From: Gracilinanus agilis | Lineage: Eukaryota | Assembly: GCF_016433145.1 (NCBI RefSeq) | Contig: NC_058130.1 | Span: 524,258,157 to 524,322,156 of the forward strand | Length of the DNA: 64,000 nucleotides | Direction: 5' to 3' | Part shown: positions 47,461-59,728 of the stretch, piece by piece | How positions within the stretch are numbered: position 1 is the first letter of the stretch | How the letters are laid out: each line of letters opens with the position of its first letter | The notes under the pieces: model-generated | Seen by the model: only the letters and a program-made list of their open reading frames with translations | Database searches by the model: none | Told to the model about the DNA's origin: nothing | Program-made: the position numbers and the translations under genes

Positions 47461-48963
47461 ATACAGCCCTCCAATAGAGAGGAGCAGCAGCTGTGGATGC
47501 TAAGGAGGTTCAAGTCATTCCTTTTTCGTCATGTCAGACTCTTTGTGACCCCATTTGGGGTGTTCTTAGCCAAGACACTGGAGTGGTTGGCCATTTCCTT
47601 CTCCAGCTCATTTTATAGATAAGAAAACTGAGGTAAACAATGTTTCACGACTTGTTCAGGGTCACACAGCTGGTAAGTGTCTGAGGCTGGATTTGAACTC
47701 AGGGTTTTCTGAGTCCAGATGGACACTATCCACTCTGCCATTTATCTGTTCTCTCTACATGCTACCAGACTCCTAAGAAGCTTATGGAGAGAGTAGTCCA
47801 TGGCTATCCCCTTCTCCCACCAAAATGGAAAGAGAGTTAGTCACCCAAGAGTGAAGTGGGCAAAAGCCTACCTGCGTCCTGGAGAAGTCTAAGACCCACC
47901 AGTAACATCACATATTTTCTCTACTGAGTATTCTGAATCAGGGAAGCCTCCAATAACAGGCAAAATGCTGAAAACCTCGACCCATATAATAATATTACAA
48001 GGAAGGGTTAGAAGGTTCTGGATGTCATTTACACACTGGCAAAAAACAAATAAACAAACAAAAAAAGAGGCTGCCTTTGTTGGAAAGTGTTGAAATTAAT
48101 AAAAGATGAGGGAAAATGCAAAATATGGTACAACTTTTCAGAAAAAAGAAAGAAGTGGGCTCCATTTCAATGGCTGTGGTGGATAAGCCGCCTTCCTCTG
48201 AGGAAAACGAATAAGAGGAAGAAATCGATCTAGAGAGGAGACAATAGAATTGGGAACAAGAAGCCAGCTTTGTCAATTAAAATAAATCCTGCAGTACACA
48301 CATGAATGAACGATTATTATTAAATTAGAGTTGGAGGATGTTACAGGAACAATGGTCTCTGATTTTGGGAAAACTGCACTAGTTAATGAAATTAAACTTG
48401 CAAAACTATTTCAAATGGGTAAGTTTCTAGGATGAAAAGCAAACTCAAGTCAACAATGGCTAATGATAAAGGTCGGCCAGTCTGCAGCCGGAAGGCAGTG
48501 TCTGATAATTCACAACATGGAGGCAAAGCTCCAACTTCCAACAGCATGGTGGTGCGCTGGGCAGGGCAACTGACCTAGAGCTAACAAGAGCTGAGTTCAG
48601 ATGTGACTCACTGGCTCCGTGACCCTGGGAAAGTGACTTAACCTCTCCCTCTGTTTCCTCTGCTGTAAAATGGGAATCGTAGCACCTATCTCCAAGAGTT
48701 GTAAGGGTCAAATGAGATAATAATTGTAAAGTGTTTAGCACCATGCCTCGCACAAAGTAAGTACTAGATAAAAGTTATTATTAAGATTATTCTTAAACAA
48801 TGGCATCATCAGATCAGATAGTCAAAAAGCATTGATTAAGCACTTGTATTGGGCAGAGGGTGATGGGAGGGACTGAAGCTAAGGAGAGAGGCTGGGGCTG
48901 GAGAGATAGATCTGAGAGTCATTTTCAGAGAGAGATAGAGAGTGGGGGTGCCAGTCATTATGC

Positions 48964-49360
48964 TTTACTTCTTGAAGGCAGGAATATATTTATTTTAACT
49001 TCCTGAGGGCAGGAATACACACACATACACACATGCACATATTTATTAACTTCCTGAAGGCAGGGATATATATACACACATATATATTTACTTCCTGAGT
49101 ATAGGAATATAAGTTTATTAACTTCNNNNNNNNNNNNNNNNNNNNNNNNNNNNNNNNNNNNNNNNNNNNNNNNNNNNNNNNNNNNNNNNNNNNNNNNNNN
49201 NNNNNNNNNNNNNNNNNNNNNNNNNNNNNNNNNNNNNNNNNNNNNNNNNNNNNNNNNNNNNNNNNNNNNNNNNNNNNNNNNNNNNNNNNNNNNNTAGAAA
49301 TATACACACACACATACCCACATATTTATTTACTTCCTGAGGGCAGAAATAGGAAGTATG
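48964..49360. repeat. Minisatellite, unit TTTATT(T/A)ACTTCCTGAGGGCAGGAATA+(AC/AT)n, spanning an assembly gap
   Basis: At least four copies left of the gap and one to the right. Confidence 0.85.
49126..49294. other. Assembly gap (169 N)
   Basis: Read directly. Confidence 1.
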
Positions 49361-50992
49361 CATTTTAATGGGGGGTGACAGGGTAAATATCCAGGTACAT
49401 AAAATATATAGAGTAAGATATCTTAGTTGTTCCGATTTGCATTTTTCTAATCAATAATGACTGAGCATTTTTTTATATGGTTATATAGATATAGCTCTGA
49501 TTTCTTCATCCCCAAACTGTATGTTCATATTTTTTGACCATTTATCAATTGGCTCATATTCTTATAAATCTGACAAAGTCCTCTCTCTATTTTAGATATG
49601 AGATCTCTATGTGAGAAACTGTCAATAAATTCCACCCCCTGCCAATTTTATGCTTTCTTTCTGCTCTTGGTTACATTAATTTTATTTGTACAAGTCAATT
49701 GCTAAATAGAGAAGACATGAGTAACTGAGGAGACCAGGAAAGTCCTCCTGCAGAATGAGAGATTTAGGCTGAGTCTTGAGGTAAGCTGGGAAAGTTAAGA
49801 TGTGAAGGAGAAGGGACACAACATTTCACATATGGATGGTAAAGGTGATGCCAACAGATGAGTAGAATCTGGATCATGGAATGCATGGAGGGTGGTAAAA
49901 TGTAAAAAGCTAGAGAGGGCTCAGGTTCTGAAGAGCTTTCAATGCCCAACAGAGGGCTTTATTTTTTATTCTGGAGTTAGAAGAAGCCACTGGAACTCTT
50001 TGATAAGAGGAGAATGGCATGGGTTAGATCCACACTTTGGAGAAAACATCTTAATTGTTGAGTGGGAGATACTTTGGAAGGGAGGAGAGATTTGAGGCAG
50101 GGAGACCAATTAGAAGGCTAGAGATTTGAACCCAGGGCCTCCTGTCTTTAGGCATGGCTCTCTATCCACTGAGCCACCTATCTGCCTTATTCTGGATATG
50201 GAATTTTATTTTAACTTTATTTAAATTCAAACTTTATTTCTATTTTTAAATTATTTTAATGAAGATGTGAGTTTATAGAAGTGGCTATAGAGCTAATACA
50301 AAGGAAGCATATCAATGGTAGATGCAACAGGATTTGGTAACTGGCTGTATATGAAAGATGAAAAAAATAAGACTAAGAAGTGAATTCATTATTCATTCTT
50401 GTGTATGAATATATTTTCTAATAATAGTAAACAAGAAATAAAAATAAATAAGCCTTTAAGGTTTACAAAGTATTTTCCTCTAAATAGCTAAGCAGCTAGG
50501 CAGAGAAAGTATTCTCCTTTTTTGCAGAGAAGGATTTGAAAGGTTCAGGGATTCAGAGACATCAAACTATCCATCCAAGTTCACACAGCTAATAAGAGTC
50601 ATGTCTTAAACTCTTAAATACTTCTGATTCTTGGACTGGTGGTTCTTTCAATTAAATGAATCTCAGTAAGAATTTATGAAATTCCCATTTTCTACTATAC
50701 CATGTTGCAGGCTATGGAATTAGGTCTATTGTAGGGTCTTGGATTTAGTTTCAAAATTGCTCTGAAAAGCCAAAACTCTTTCCTGTGTTCACCTATGCAT
50801 TCCATTACATTTCCTGAATGAAGGAGTGAAGCACTCAACATTTCTCTTGCTTTTCATTTGGAGACTGACAGCTCTATGGAAGAATAAAGGTATTTTCTTC
50901 TCTTCGTTTATATATATATATATACATGGTGTTATAGAACTGCAGCTACTGTAGAATTTTCCATTTTTGCACATACAATATTATTATTATTA

Positions 50993-51175
50993 TTTTTTTA
51001 AACCCTTGTACTTTCGGTGTATTGTCTCATAGGTGGAAGAGTGGTAAGGGTGGGCAACGGGGGTCAAGTGACTTGCCTAGGGTCACACAGCTGGGAAGTG
51101 GCTGAGGCAGGGTTTGAACCTAGGACCTCCTGTCTCTAGGCCTGACTCTCACTCCACTGAGCTACCCAGCTGCCC
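50993..51175 (-). mobile_element. Young SINE1_Mdo-like SINE
   Basis: Reverse head GGGCAGCTGGGTAGCTCAGTGGAGTGAG, intact CORE and tail; AATATTAT on both flanks. Confidence 0.9.
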
Positions 51176-51654
51176 ATAAAATATTATTTTAATCTAGTCC
51201 TATTCTTTATAGAATAAAAAGAAAAAAAGATACCAGGGTGGGGGGTGAAATTAGCCATTTCAAGAAGTGTAAACTATCTCATAGTTAACCATAAAACAAA
51301 CCAACAGAATCCAGCAGAGCTGAAAGAGACCTTATAGAACTCCTTGCTGAACTTTTTATTTACAGAAAAGATACCAAGGTCTAATATGGTTAATTGAATT
51401 GCCTGGTGTAACACAGATTGAAAATGGCAGAATTGGTATTCAAACTCAAGTCAGTTTAGTGTAAGTCTAATGAAATTTTTGCTATACCAATCTATTCAAT
51501 CAACCTTAGAAAGAAAAAAAAATAATCAAATTTTAGTTATCCTAGGATCATTAACTCCCCAGTTCATACAGAAACAAGATGGGCACATTCACAAATTTTA
51601 TTATGTACTATGACATGCCACTCATAGTGATCTCATAAGGTACCATCTTCATTT

Positions 51655-53490
51655 CCTCTTCATTAGAGGTGAAATTGCCCTTTTCATTTTTTATACTGGT
51701 AATTTGATTCTCTTCTTTCTTTTTTAATCAAATTAACCAATGCTTTATCTGTTTTATTTTTTTTCATAGAACCAGCTCTTAGTCTTATTTATTAGTTCAG
51801 TAGTTCTTTTTACTTTATATTTTATTAATTTCTCCTTTAATTTTTAGGATTTCCAATTTAGTCTTTATCTTGGGATTTTTAATTTGTTCTTTTTTCTAGT
51901 TTTTTTTTTTTTAGTTGCATGCTGAATTCATTGATCTGTTGTTTTTTTCCCTCCAATTTGTTAACATAAGCACTCAGGAATATATAATTTCCCTAAGTAC
52001 TGCTTCGGCTGTATCCCATAAATTTCAATATGTTGTCTCCTTATTTGTCATTTTTTTCTTCAATGAAATCAGTGATTGTTTCTATGATTTGCTCTTTGAG
52101 CCACCAGTTTTATTTTTAGGAAAGTCTCATTTATTCCTATACTTTCTAGTGTTTTTAATAGGAATGCGTATTGTATTTTGTCAAAGGCTTTTTCTGCATC
52201 TATTGATATAATCATGTGATTTCTGTTGATTTGGTTGTTGATATGGTCAATTATATGGATGGTTTTCCTAATATGAAACCATCCTTGCATTCCTGGTATA
52301 AATCCCACCTGACTGTAGTGAATAAACCCTGTGATAACTTGCTGGAGTCTTTTTTGCTAGTATTCTATTTAAGATTTTTGCATCTATGTTCATTGAGGAA
52401 ATTGGTCTGTAGTTTTTTTTCTCTGTTTTTGGTTTGCCTGGCTTTGGAATCAGTACCATATTTGTGTCATAAATGGAATTTGGTAAAACTCCTTCTTTGT
52501 TTAATTTATCAAATAATTTGTATAGTATTGGGATTAGTAGTTTTTTAAATGTTTGATAGAATTCACTTGTGAATCCATCTGGCTCTGGGGATTTTTTCTT
52601 AGGGAGTTCCTTGATGACTTGTTCAATTTCTTTTTCTGAGATGGGATTGTTCAAATATTCTATTTCCTCTTTTGTTAATCTAGGCCAGTGGTTCCCAAAC
52701 TTTTTTGGCCTACTGCCCCCTTTCCAGAAAAAATATTATTTAGGACCCCCTGGAAATTATGAAACTATTTACTGAATTCAGAATAGAATGTAATACAAAA
52801 AAAATGTGGCCATCACCACTCCCATGGATCACTGCAGCACCCACCAGGGGGGGTGGTGCTACCCACTTTGGAAATCACTGATCTAGGCAATTTATATTTT
52901 TTGTAGATATTCACCAATTTCACCTAGATTGTCATATTTATTGCCATATAATTGGGCAAAATAGTTCTTAATAATTACCTTAATTTCCTCTTTTTTGGAG
53001 GGTGAGGTCGCCCTTTTCCCTCTTTGATACTGTTAATTTGATTTTCTTCTTTCTTTTTAAAGTTAGACTAAACAGTATTTTATCTATTTTGTTTTTTCAG
53101 AGTACCAGCTCTTAGTCTTATTTATTAGTTTAATAGTTCTTTTACTTTCAATTTTATTAATTTCTCCTTTGATTTTTATGATTTCCAATATAGTTTTTAT
53201 CTGGGGGGTTTTAATTTGTTCTCTTTCTAGTTTTTAAATTTGAACACCCAATTCATTGATCTCTTCCCTCTCTGATTTGTTGACATATGTACTCATGGAT
53301 ATAAATTTTCCCCTGAGTACTGCTTTGGCTGCATCCCATCAATTTTTGATAAATTGTTTCCTCATTGTCATTCTCTTCAATGAAATCAGTAATTGTTTCT
53401 TTGATTTGTTCTTTGATCCACCAGTTTTGAAGAATTAGATTATTTATTTTCCCATTAATTTTTAATTTGCCTTTCCATGAACCCTTATTA
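51655..53490 (-). mobile_element. LINE-1 ORF2 fragments (post-endonuclease region and RT), fragmented
   Basis: Translations [24 protein letters not shown]...[16 protein letters not shown] and [22 protein letters not shown]...[20 protein letters not shown] are L1 RT motifs. 51655..52115 repeats the segment seen at ~52990..53480. Confidence 0.95.
52686..52880. mobile_element. Charlie-type hAT MITE, 195 bp, inserted in L1
   Basis: TIRs CAGTGGTTCCCAAA / TTTGGAAATCACTG; perfect 8-bp TSD ATCTAGGC at 52678..52685 and 52881..52888. Confidence 0.95.
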
Positions 53491-53925
53491 TAAGGTAGCA
53501 TCTTCAAAAGAGCTTTCTAGCCAGTGACAGTTTAACTGACTTCCATCAGTATCTTTAAGGCTTAGCCTAAGATAAATCTTCAAAATTGAGCAAGTATCTA
53601 AAATTAGTAAAGTCCTATGATTCTCATGCCATTCAGCTGGTGGTGTGGTAGATTGGAGGGAATGTGGTCCAGGAGTCAGAAGTCCTTAGTTTATGTATTC
53701 AAGTCCCCTACTCCCACCCCAAAATCACCCAATCTCTGTGGACTTTAGCTTCCTTAGTAGTAAAATGAAGGGGTTTAACTAGATCGTGTCTAAGATGTCT
53801 TTAATCTCAAATATACTATAGTGCCCTAAGGTCACTGCCATAGAGAGCTGAAAGTCCATTCTGTAGGACCTTCCTCAGGTATTTGTCAAGAAGGACCAGA
53901 AAGAGCTCAGCTTTGAAAGTGGGTA

Positions 53926-54128
53926 TGGGGGGCAGCTAGGCGGCTCAGTGAACTGAAAGCCAAGCCCAGAGACAGGAGGTCTTGGGTTCAAATCTGGTCT
54001 CAGACACTTCCTAGCTATGTGATCCTGGGCAGGTCCCTTAGCACCCACTGCCTGGCCCTTACTGCCCTTCTCCCTTGAAACCAATATATAGTATTGATTC
54101 CAGGATAGATAAGGCTTTAAAAAAAAAA
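53926..54128 (+). mobile_element. SINE1_Mdo-like SINE
   Basis: GGGGGGCAGCTAGGCGGCTCAGTG head, B box, A tail. Confidence 0.85.
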
Positions 54129-54220
54129 GAAAGTGGGTTTGTTGAGGGCTGAGGAAGATAGAGAAGAAAGGAAGACAAGAGAAGGAAGTAGATGAAGCCC
54201 TCAACAAACCCACTTTCTTT
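54126..54220. repeat. Perfect 25-bp inverted repeat with a 45-nt purine-rich spacer
   Basis: AAAGAAAGTGGGTTTGTTGAGGGCT (54126..54150) and AGCCCTCAACAAACCCACTTTCTTT (54196..54220). Confidence 0.95.
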
Positions 54221-55544
54221 CTTTTTTTTTTGGAAGAAAGAAAAAATAGTTCCTCTTAGCACATAAATGAGCCAAAATTAATTAATGTATTATAGCTGAC
54301 ATGAAGGAGTTAAATCTGGGATAGCCTTGACAGGGTCCTTGATGAGAATTGCAGGGTGAAGGCTCAGAGTCCTTGTACTCAATAGAAGTCTGTGCCTGGG
54401 CCAAGGAACTTGATTGGATGTGGGAGTTAATGAGTGGGTAGCATGACCAATCTTGGTTTGCTATTTTGCAGCTGAGGCTGTTTTTTTTTCCAAATCCCTT
54501 GTTAGACTGGTTCTTATCAGGAGATCTGGCAGCACTGTAGCCCTGCCTGAGCAGAGGTACACTTTGTGATAACAGCTGTGTTTGCACATTTGATTGACTT
54601 AGCTCCACTGGCCAGCAAGAAGGTTTCAAGGTTTTGTAATGATGACAAAACTGAAATATGAAAATAAATGTGTTTTTTTTTTACAGAATGTTTTTTAGAG
54701 CCCTCCCACATAACATCTGAACAATTTTCTAGTTGGGATGGCCTACAAACTTTTATTAATTGCACAGCTCTGTTTGTCCAATTCCTATCTATCCTTCGAG
54801 GTTCAGTTTAAATGCTGTTTTCATTAAGAAGCCTTACCTGGGGCAGATTATGTAGCAGAATGTTTAGAGAGGCCTGGAGTTGGGAGGACCTGGGTTCAAA
54901 ACTAGCTTCAGATACTTCTTTGCTATCAAGTAATTTAACCTCAATTGCCTAGGCCTTGCTGCTCTTCTGTTTTAGTGTTATGACTAAGACAGAAGGTAAA
55001 AAATAAAAAAATAATAATTTTTGTAAAGTATCCTTGACTGATTTCACCTTCCTTTGAGCACTGTGTTCTGGCTAATATCCCTTGTGTTGCTTAGGGTAGG
55101 ACATACTTACATATATATAATCTCTCTTTCTTTTCACATACAATCTACAATTTCCCTCCGCTGTCCCCTTATTATCTTCTCTTTACCAGCATACAATTGA
55201 CAATTTTCAGATATGGCTGGTAGAAGTTATCTTGTCACTCAAAATGGGAGTAGGGAACCTGGGAGTGTGGTAAGTGGGTATGAGTGGCCAAACTATTGCT
55301 CGCATGGCATTTGAGAGCTCTGGTTACCACTAGGAATCTTTTAATTATAATTGATCAAAAGTTGACTGTATAGGTATTTCCTTGGGCATTGATTGGTGTA
55401 CCTTGTACTACTTAAGTATACTCAAGATATTAAAAAAAGCAATATTAATGCCAAAAAATATAAAGTGAGCATCCTTTTAATAGACAAATTCACAATGATA
55501 TTTCTTTAATCAGCAAGGTCCTCTATTCTTCATCTTTTTTTAAA

Positions 55545-55742
55545 CCCATATCATCTGTCTTAGAATCAATACTAAGTCTTGATTAGACTAGGCTAGGCTA
55601 GGCAAGGCAATTGATTAGGCTAGGCAAGTAGGCTAGACTCGTTCAGGGTTACAAACTGGGGAAATGTCTGACACCACATTTGAACCTAGGACATCCCGTT
55701 TCCAGGTCTGACTCTATTCACTGAGCTACCTAGATGCCCCCC
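55545..55742 (-). mobile_element. SINE1-like SINE with internal (CTAGG)n expansion at ~55587..55637
   Basis: Reverse SINE tail and head are recognisable; repeated TAGGC units in the middle. Confidence 0.7.
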
Positions 55743-56342
55743 TCTTCTCTTCTTAAAGTGAGATTCAATTAATAAAAGTCTGATTGCAGAAGAAGGCTCT
55801 AAAGGCACCCTAGTGAAACACAGAGCAATACAAAAGAGATTGGGTGTATAACTCTACAAGGGTGACAAAGTGGATACAAAATTCATCTTGTCCAGACTAT
55901 GGACCTGCAGTCTTTGAGTTAGTACATAAACACATGCATACACATTTATCCTGGACAAGTCCAGATTGGAGTGGTAGCAAACCATCATTATGCCAAGAAT
56001 TGTAATTGAGTTGATGGGTATATCTTTAGAATAGCCCCTAGTTACTCTATAAGTTAGTAGATGGTCTTAAGAGTTGCTGCAGCTATGAATTACATCACCC
56101 TGAAACCACCACGGGGATGAGTGTCTTCAAACTGAGTTTGGTCAGTCCTCAGACCACAGACATAAATCACGCTGGGTCCCTGCTCAAAGTCTTTTCGTGT
56201 GATAGAAACTGCACAGGGTTGAGTTCCACTGGGGTAACGTTCAAGAACTCAGGTCACCTACAAGCCATACTGGGACATCCGAACAGAAGTCTACTGGAGG
56301 AGATTATTTTGGGGAAGTTGTTAAAGTATTTCTATAAATGCT

Positions 56343-56344
<2 letters not shown>

Positions 56345-56388
<44 letters not shown>
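56345..56388. repeat. (AC)n microsatellite, about 22 units
   Basis: Read directly. Confidence 0.95.
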
Positions 56389-56390
<2 letters not shown>

Positions 56391-56494
56391 TTAAGAACAT
56401 GGACATTCTACCAGCAATACTATATGGCTGGGAATCATGGAACATCAGGATCTCAGAAAAGTCATACTCACTAGTAGCACAAAGATTAACAGAA

Positions 56495-56680
56495 GGGGCA
56501 GTGAGGTGGCTCAGTGGATAGAAAGCCAGGCCTGGGTTCAAATCTGGCCTCAGAAACTTCCTAGCTTTGTGACCCTGGGAAAGTTACCTACCCTCCATGG
56601 CCTAACCCTTTTCACTCTTCTGCCTTGGAACTGATCATTAGTATCCATTCTAAAACAAAAGGTAAAGGTTTCAGGGGGAA
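56495..56680 (+). mobile_element. SINE1-like SINE (diverged)
   Basis: GGGGCAGTGAGGTGGCTCAGTGG head, GGTTCAAATCTGGCCTCAGA, AAGGTAAAGGTTT tail. Confidence 0.75.
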
Positions 56681-57744
56681 AAAAACAACAAAAGGAAGGA
56701 TCTAGTATGGAGGATGAAAGGAAAGAATCTCTCGGGATGAGGTAAGAAGAGAAAGGAGAGGACATTGATGAAAGCATCCTCCCCAATTAAGTCACCAAAT
56801 CTTTAAAATGTTCAAATGATTTACATACAATTTTTCATGAGTACATAGCAAAAAGTTAGGTCCATATGGAGTTGCCAATATCTTAAGATTTCAAGCCACA
56901 GTAATAGAATAGCTAGCATTACATAGTGTTTTAAGGTGTACAAAGCTCATTACATGAATTATCTCATTTGATCCTCCTAATAGATGCTGGGAGTTGGGTA
57001 CTATTATGCCCATTTTATAGGTGTGGAAACTGTGGCTGGCAATATGTCCATTAACAATAACGATACATTCCAATGACACATTTTATTATCATAAATTATA
57101 ATCATGGTCAGAGCTAGAATTCAGAGAGGTGGCAGGAGGTATGATACTTTGGCAAGGCATGAACTTCCTCCTTCCTTTCCTTCTCACCTAACAAGGTAGG
57201 CTATGGCAGACTTCCTGCAGAGACCACTTCTAGCTCTCTCAAGATGGTATCTTGCTCTGATGGTGGAAGCTGCACATGACCACAGCCTTTCCAGGGACAT
57301 TTTCTCCTTCTGCCCCCAGGGTGCAGGTCTCCTCTCAGCCAGGCCTGTACCAGAGACAGTACCACTCACTGTCTAGCTCCCTTCAGCCCCTGCAAACAAT
57401 GGAACTTTTTCCAAGGCCTCCAAGGCTTGTCCAACTTTGTTTAAAGAAGCTTTGTTCTCAGAGTATCTTTGTTAAAGTATTGCTATCCAAATCCCATAAC
57501 TTTTAATCACAAACTATCTGTGAGTGCCCTTTAATCCTCTTTCCCCATAGAACTAATATAAACAGTATACAGAGCACTTCTGGGTCAGAAACTCATCTCT
57601 TCCATTATCAGTACAATAAATGTAACTTTTGAAGGAAGGGTCAGTGATAATCTTACAGCAGCCTCAAATAAAGAGGTCAAGAAAAAAAATAATCAATATT
57701 TTTAAAAAGGGCCAAAGAAAAGCCTTTATTTACAGTGTATTTAA

Positions 57745-57920
57745 AAGAAAAGAAAGAAGGAAAGAAAAAGAAAGAGGAGGGGCAGAAGGAGGGAAAGAGG
57801 GAAGGAAGGAAGGAAGGGCAGAAAGGAGAGAGGAAGCAGGGAAGGAAGGAGAGAATGAAGATAGGAAGGATGGAAAGAAGATACAAAGAAGGGAAGGAAG
57901 TAAGGAAGGGAGGAAGAAGA
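57745..57920. repeat. GA-rich (GGAA/GAAA) low-complexity tract
   Basis: Read directly. Confidence 0.9.
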
Positions 57921-58417
57921 GACCAAATAGAACTAGCTCAGTCACAAATCAAAGTCTATACATGCCTATGGAGAAAAAGGACAACAGAAGAAATAACTTA
58001 TCATCTCCTTGAGGGCAGAACTGTCTTTTGCCTCTTCTTGTATCCCTGGGACTTACTTGGCACATAGGAAGAACTTAATGTTTTTTGATTGATTAATATG
58101 AAATTGTACAATAACAGATTGGCTCTGTCTAGATGAGGTGGCACAAAGTGATAGAAGAACATTGACTCAGAGTTCACAACCAGGCTCTGCTTTGTACATC
58201 TGTATGACCTTGAGCAAATGACTTCAACCCTCTTGATTTTTGTTTTCTCATATACTTGGGTTAGGTGATTTCTGGTGTCCCCTCCAGCCCCAAATCCTTG
58301 GATCCCTTCATGAGTACCATAGTTCTATCAACTATCACTTAAGTAGGCAAGAGGCGAGAAAACTAAGACAAAAGGGAAATAATTCCTGATCTCTTAGGAG
58401 TCTACATTTTATTTCCT

Positions 58418-58617
58418 TCTTTAAACCCTCACCTTCCATCTCAAAATCAATAGTGTATATTAGTTCTAAGACAGGAGAGTGGTAAGGGCTGGGAAATGGG
58501 GGTAAAATGACTTGCCCAGGGTCACACAGCTAGGAAGTATCTGAGGCCATATTTGAACCCAGGATCTCCCTACTGAAGGCCTGGCTCTCAATTCACTGAG
58601 CCATCTACCTTCCCCCT
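58418..58617 (-). mobile_element. SINE1_Mdo-like SINE, adjacent to an L2 fragment (58620..59100)
   Basis: TTTAAAACCCT.ACCTTCCATCT...TAAGGGCT...TGACTTGCCCAGGGTCACACAGCTAGGAAG...ATTTGAACCCAGG. Confidence 0.8.
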
Positions 58618-59595
58618 TGGGATGAGTCTTAAAAGAAACTTGGGATTCTAAGAAGTAGAGGTGAGGAGAGAGTGCATTTCAGGCATGGGGAAGAGCCAGT
58701 GGAAAAGGACTGGGACAGGAGATGGAATGTCATGTCTGAAGAACAGAAAGAAAGTCAGTTTGGCTGGAATAACGTCATAATTGTACGTTGAGAACGTTGT
58801 AAAAGAGCTTTAAAGTATAAAATGAAAAAAGTTTTTGATTCTAGAAATAATAGGGAGCCACTGCAGTTTATTGGGTAGGGGAATAACATGGTCATTTTTT
58901 AAGAAAATGACATTGGTACCTCTGTGGAAGAGGATGAGTTTAGGTGAAAGGTGATAATGACCTGATTTCATAAGGTGGTATCTGTGTGAGTGAAGAAAAG
59001 AATACAGAAGAGAAAGATATGGTGGTAGAAATGACAAGATTTGCCATCTTATTGGATATGTGGCTCTAAGTGAGAGTGAGGGGTTGAGAATGATACTGAT
59101 GGCAATGACCTCACAGATATAGGAAAGATTAAAAGAGGGTGGAGAAAGTACTGAAACCTTCTTTCCTCTAACATTTTCTGCCTTATTTGCTTTAACTTGT
59201 AAAGAGTCCAGGAGAGTCTTCTCAACAAGTAGGAAAAGGCCTTTGAAAATTTATACTTTTTCTATATCACATCCCCAAAAGAAAGGACCTCACATTTCCA
59301 AGAGGATAACAGACTCAGTTATCAGTCTCACACAACAGCAAAAAGCACTAACAAGCTTGTGGGAAAAAGTCAATATGCTAAGTAAATCCTCCATTGGTCC
59401 CTGAAGATGGTAGCCCATGAGTCAGGGCACTTGAGCACAGAGGAGAGGCCTTAGTTGTTCTTTGGAGGTGCATAGGGATGATAATATTGAAGAACATATA
59501 GAAAATGAAATGAATTAGTCCTCAAGGCCTCTTGCTCATCAAGGGAAGTAGTATATTTAGTAAAAGTCACAAATATTTGCAGGCAAGCTCAGTAT

Positions 59596-59728
59596 NNNNN
59601 NNNNNNNNNNNNNNNNNNNNNNNNNNNNNNNNNNNNNNNNNNNNNNNNNNNNNNNNNNNNNNNNNNNNNNNNNNNNNNNNNNNNNNNNNNNNNNNNNNNN
59701 NNNNNNNNNNNNNNNNNNNNNNNNNNNN
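59596..59728. other. Assembly gap (133 N)
   Basis: Read directly. Confidence 1.
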
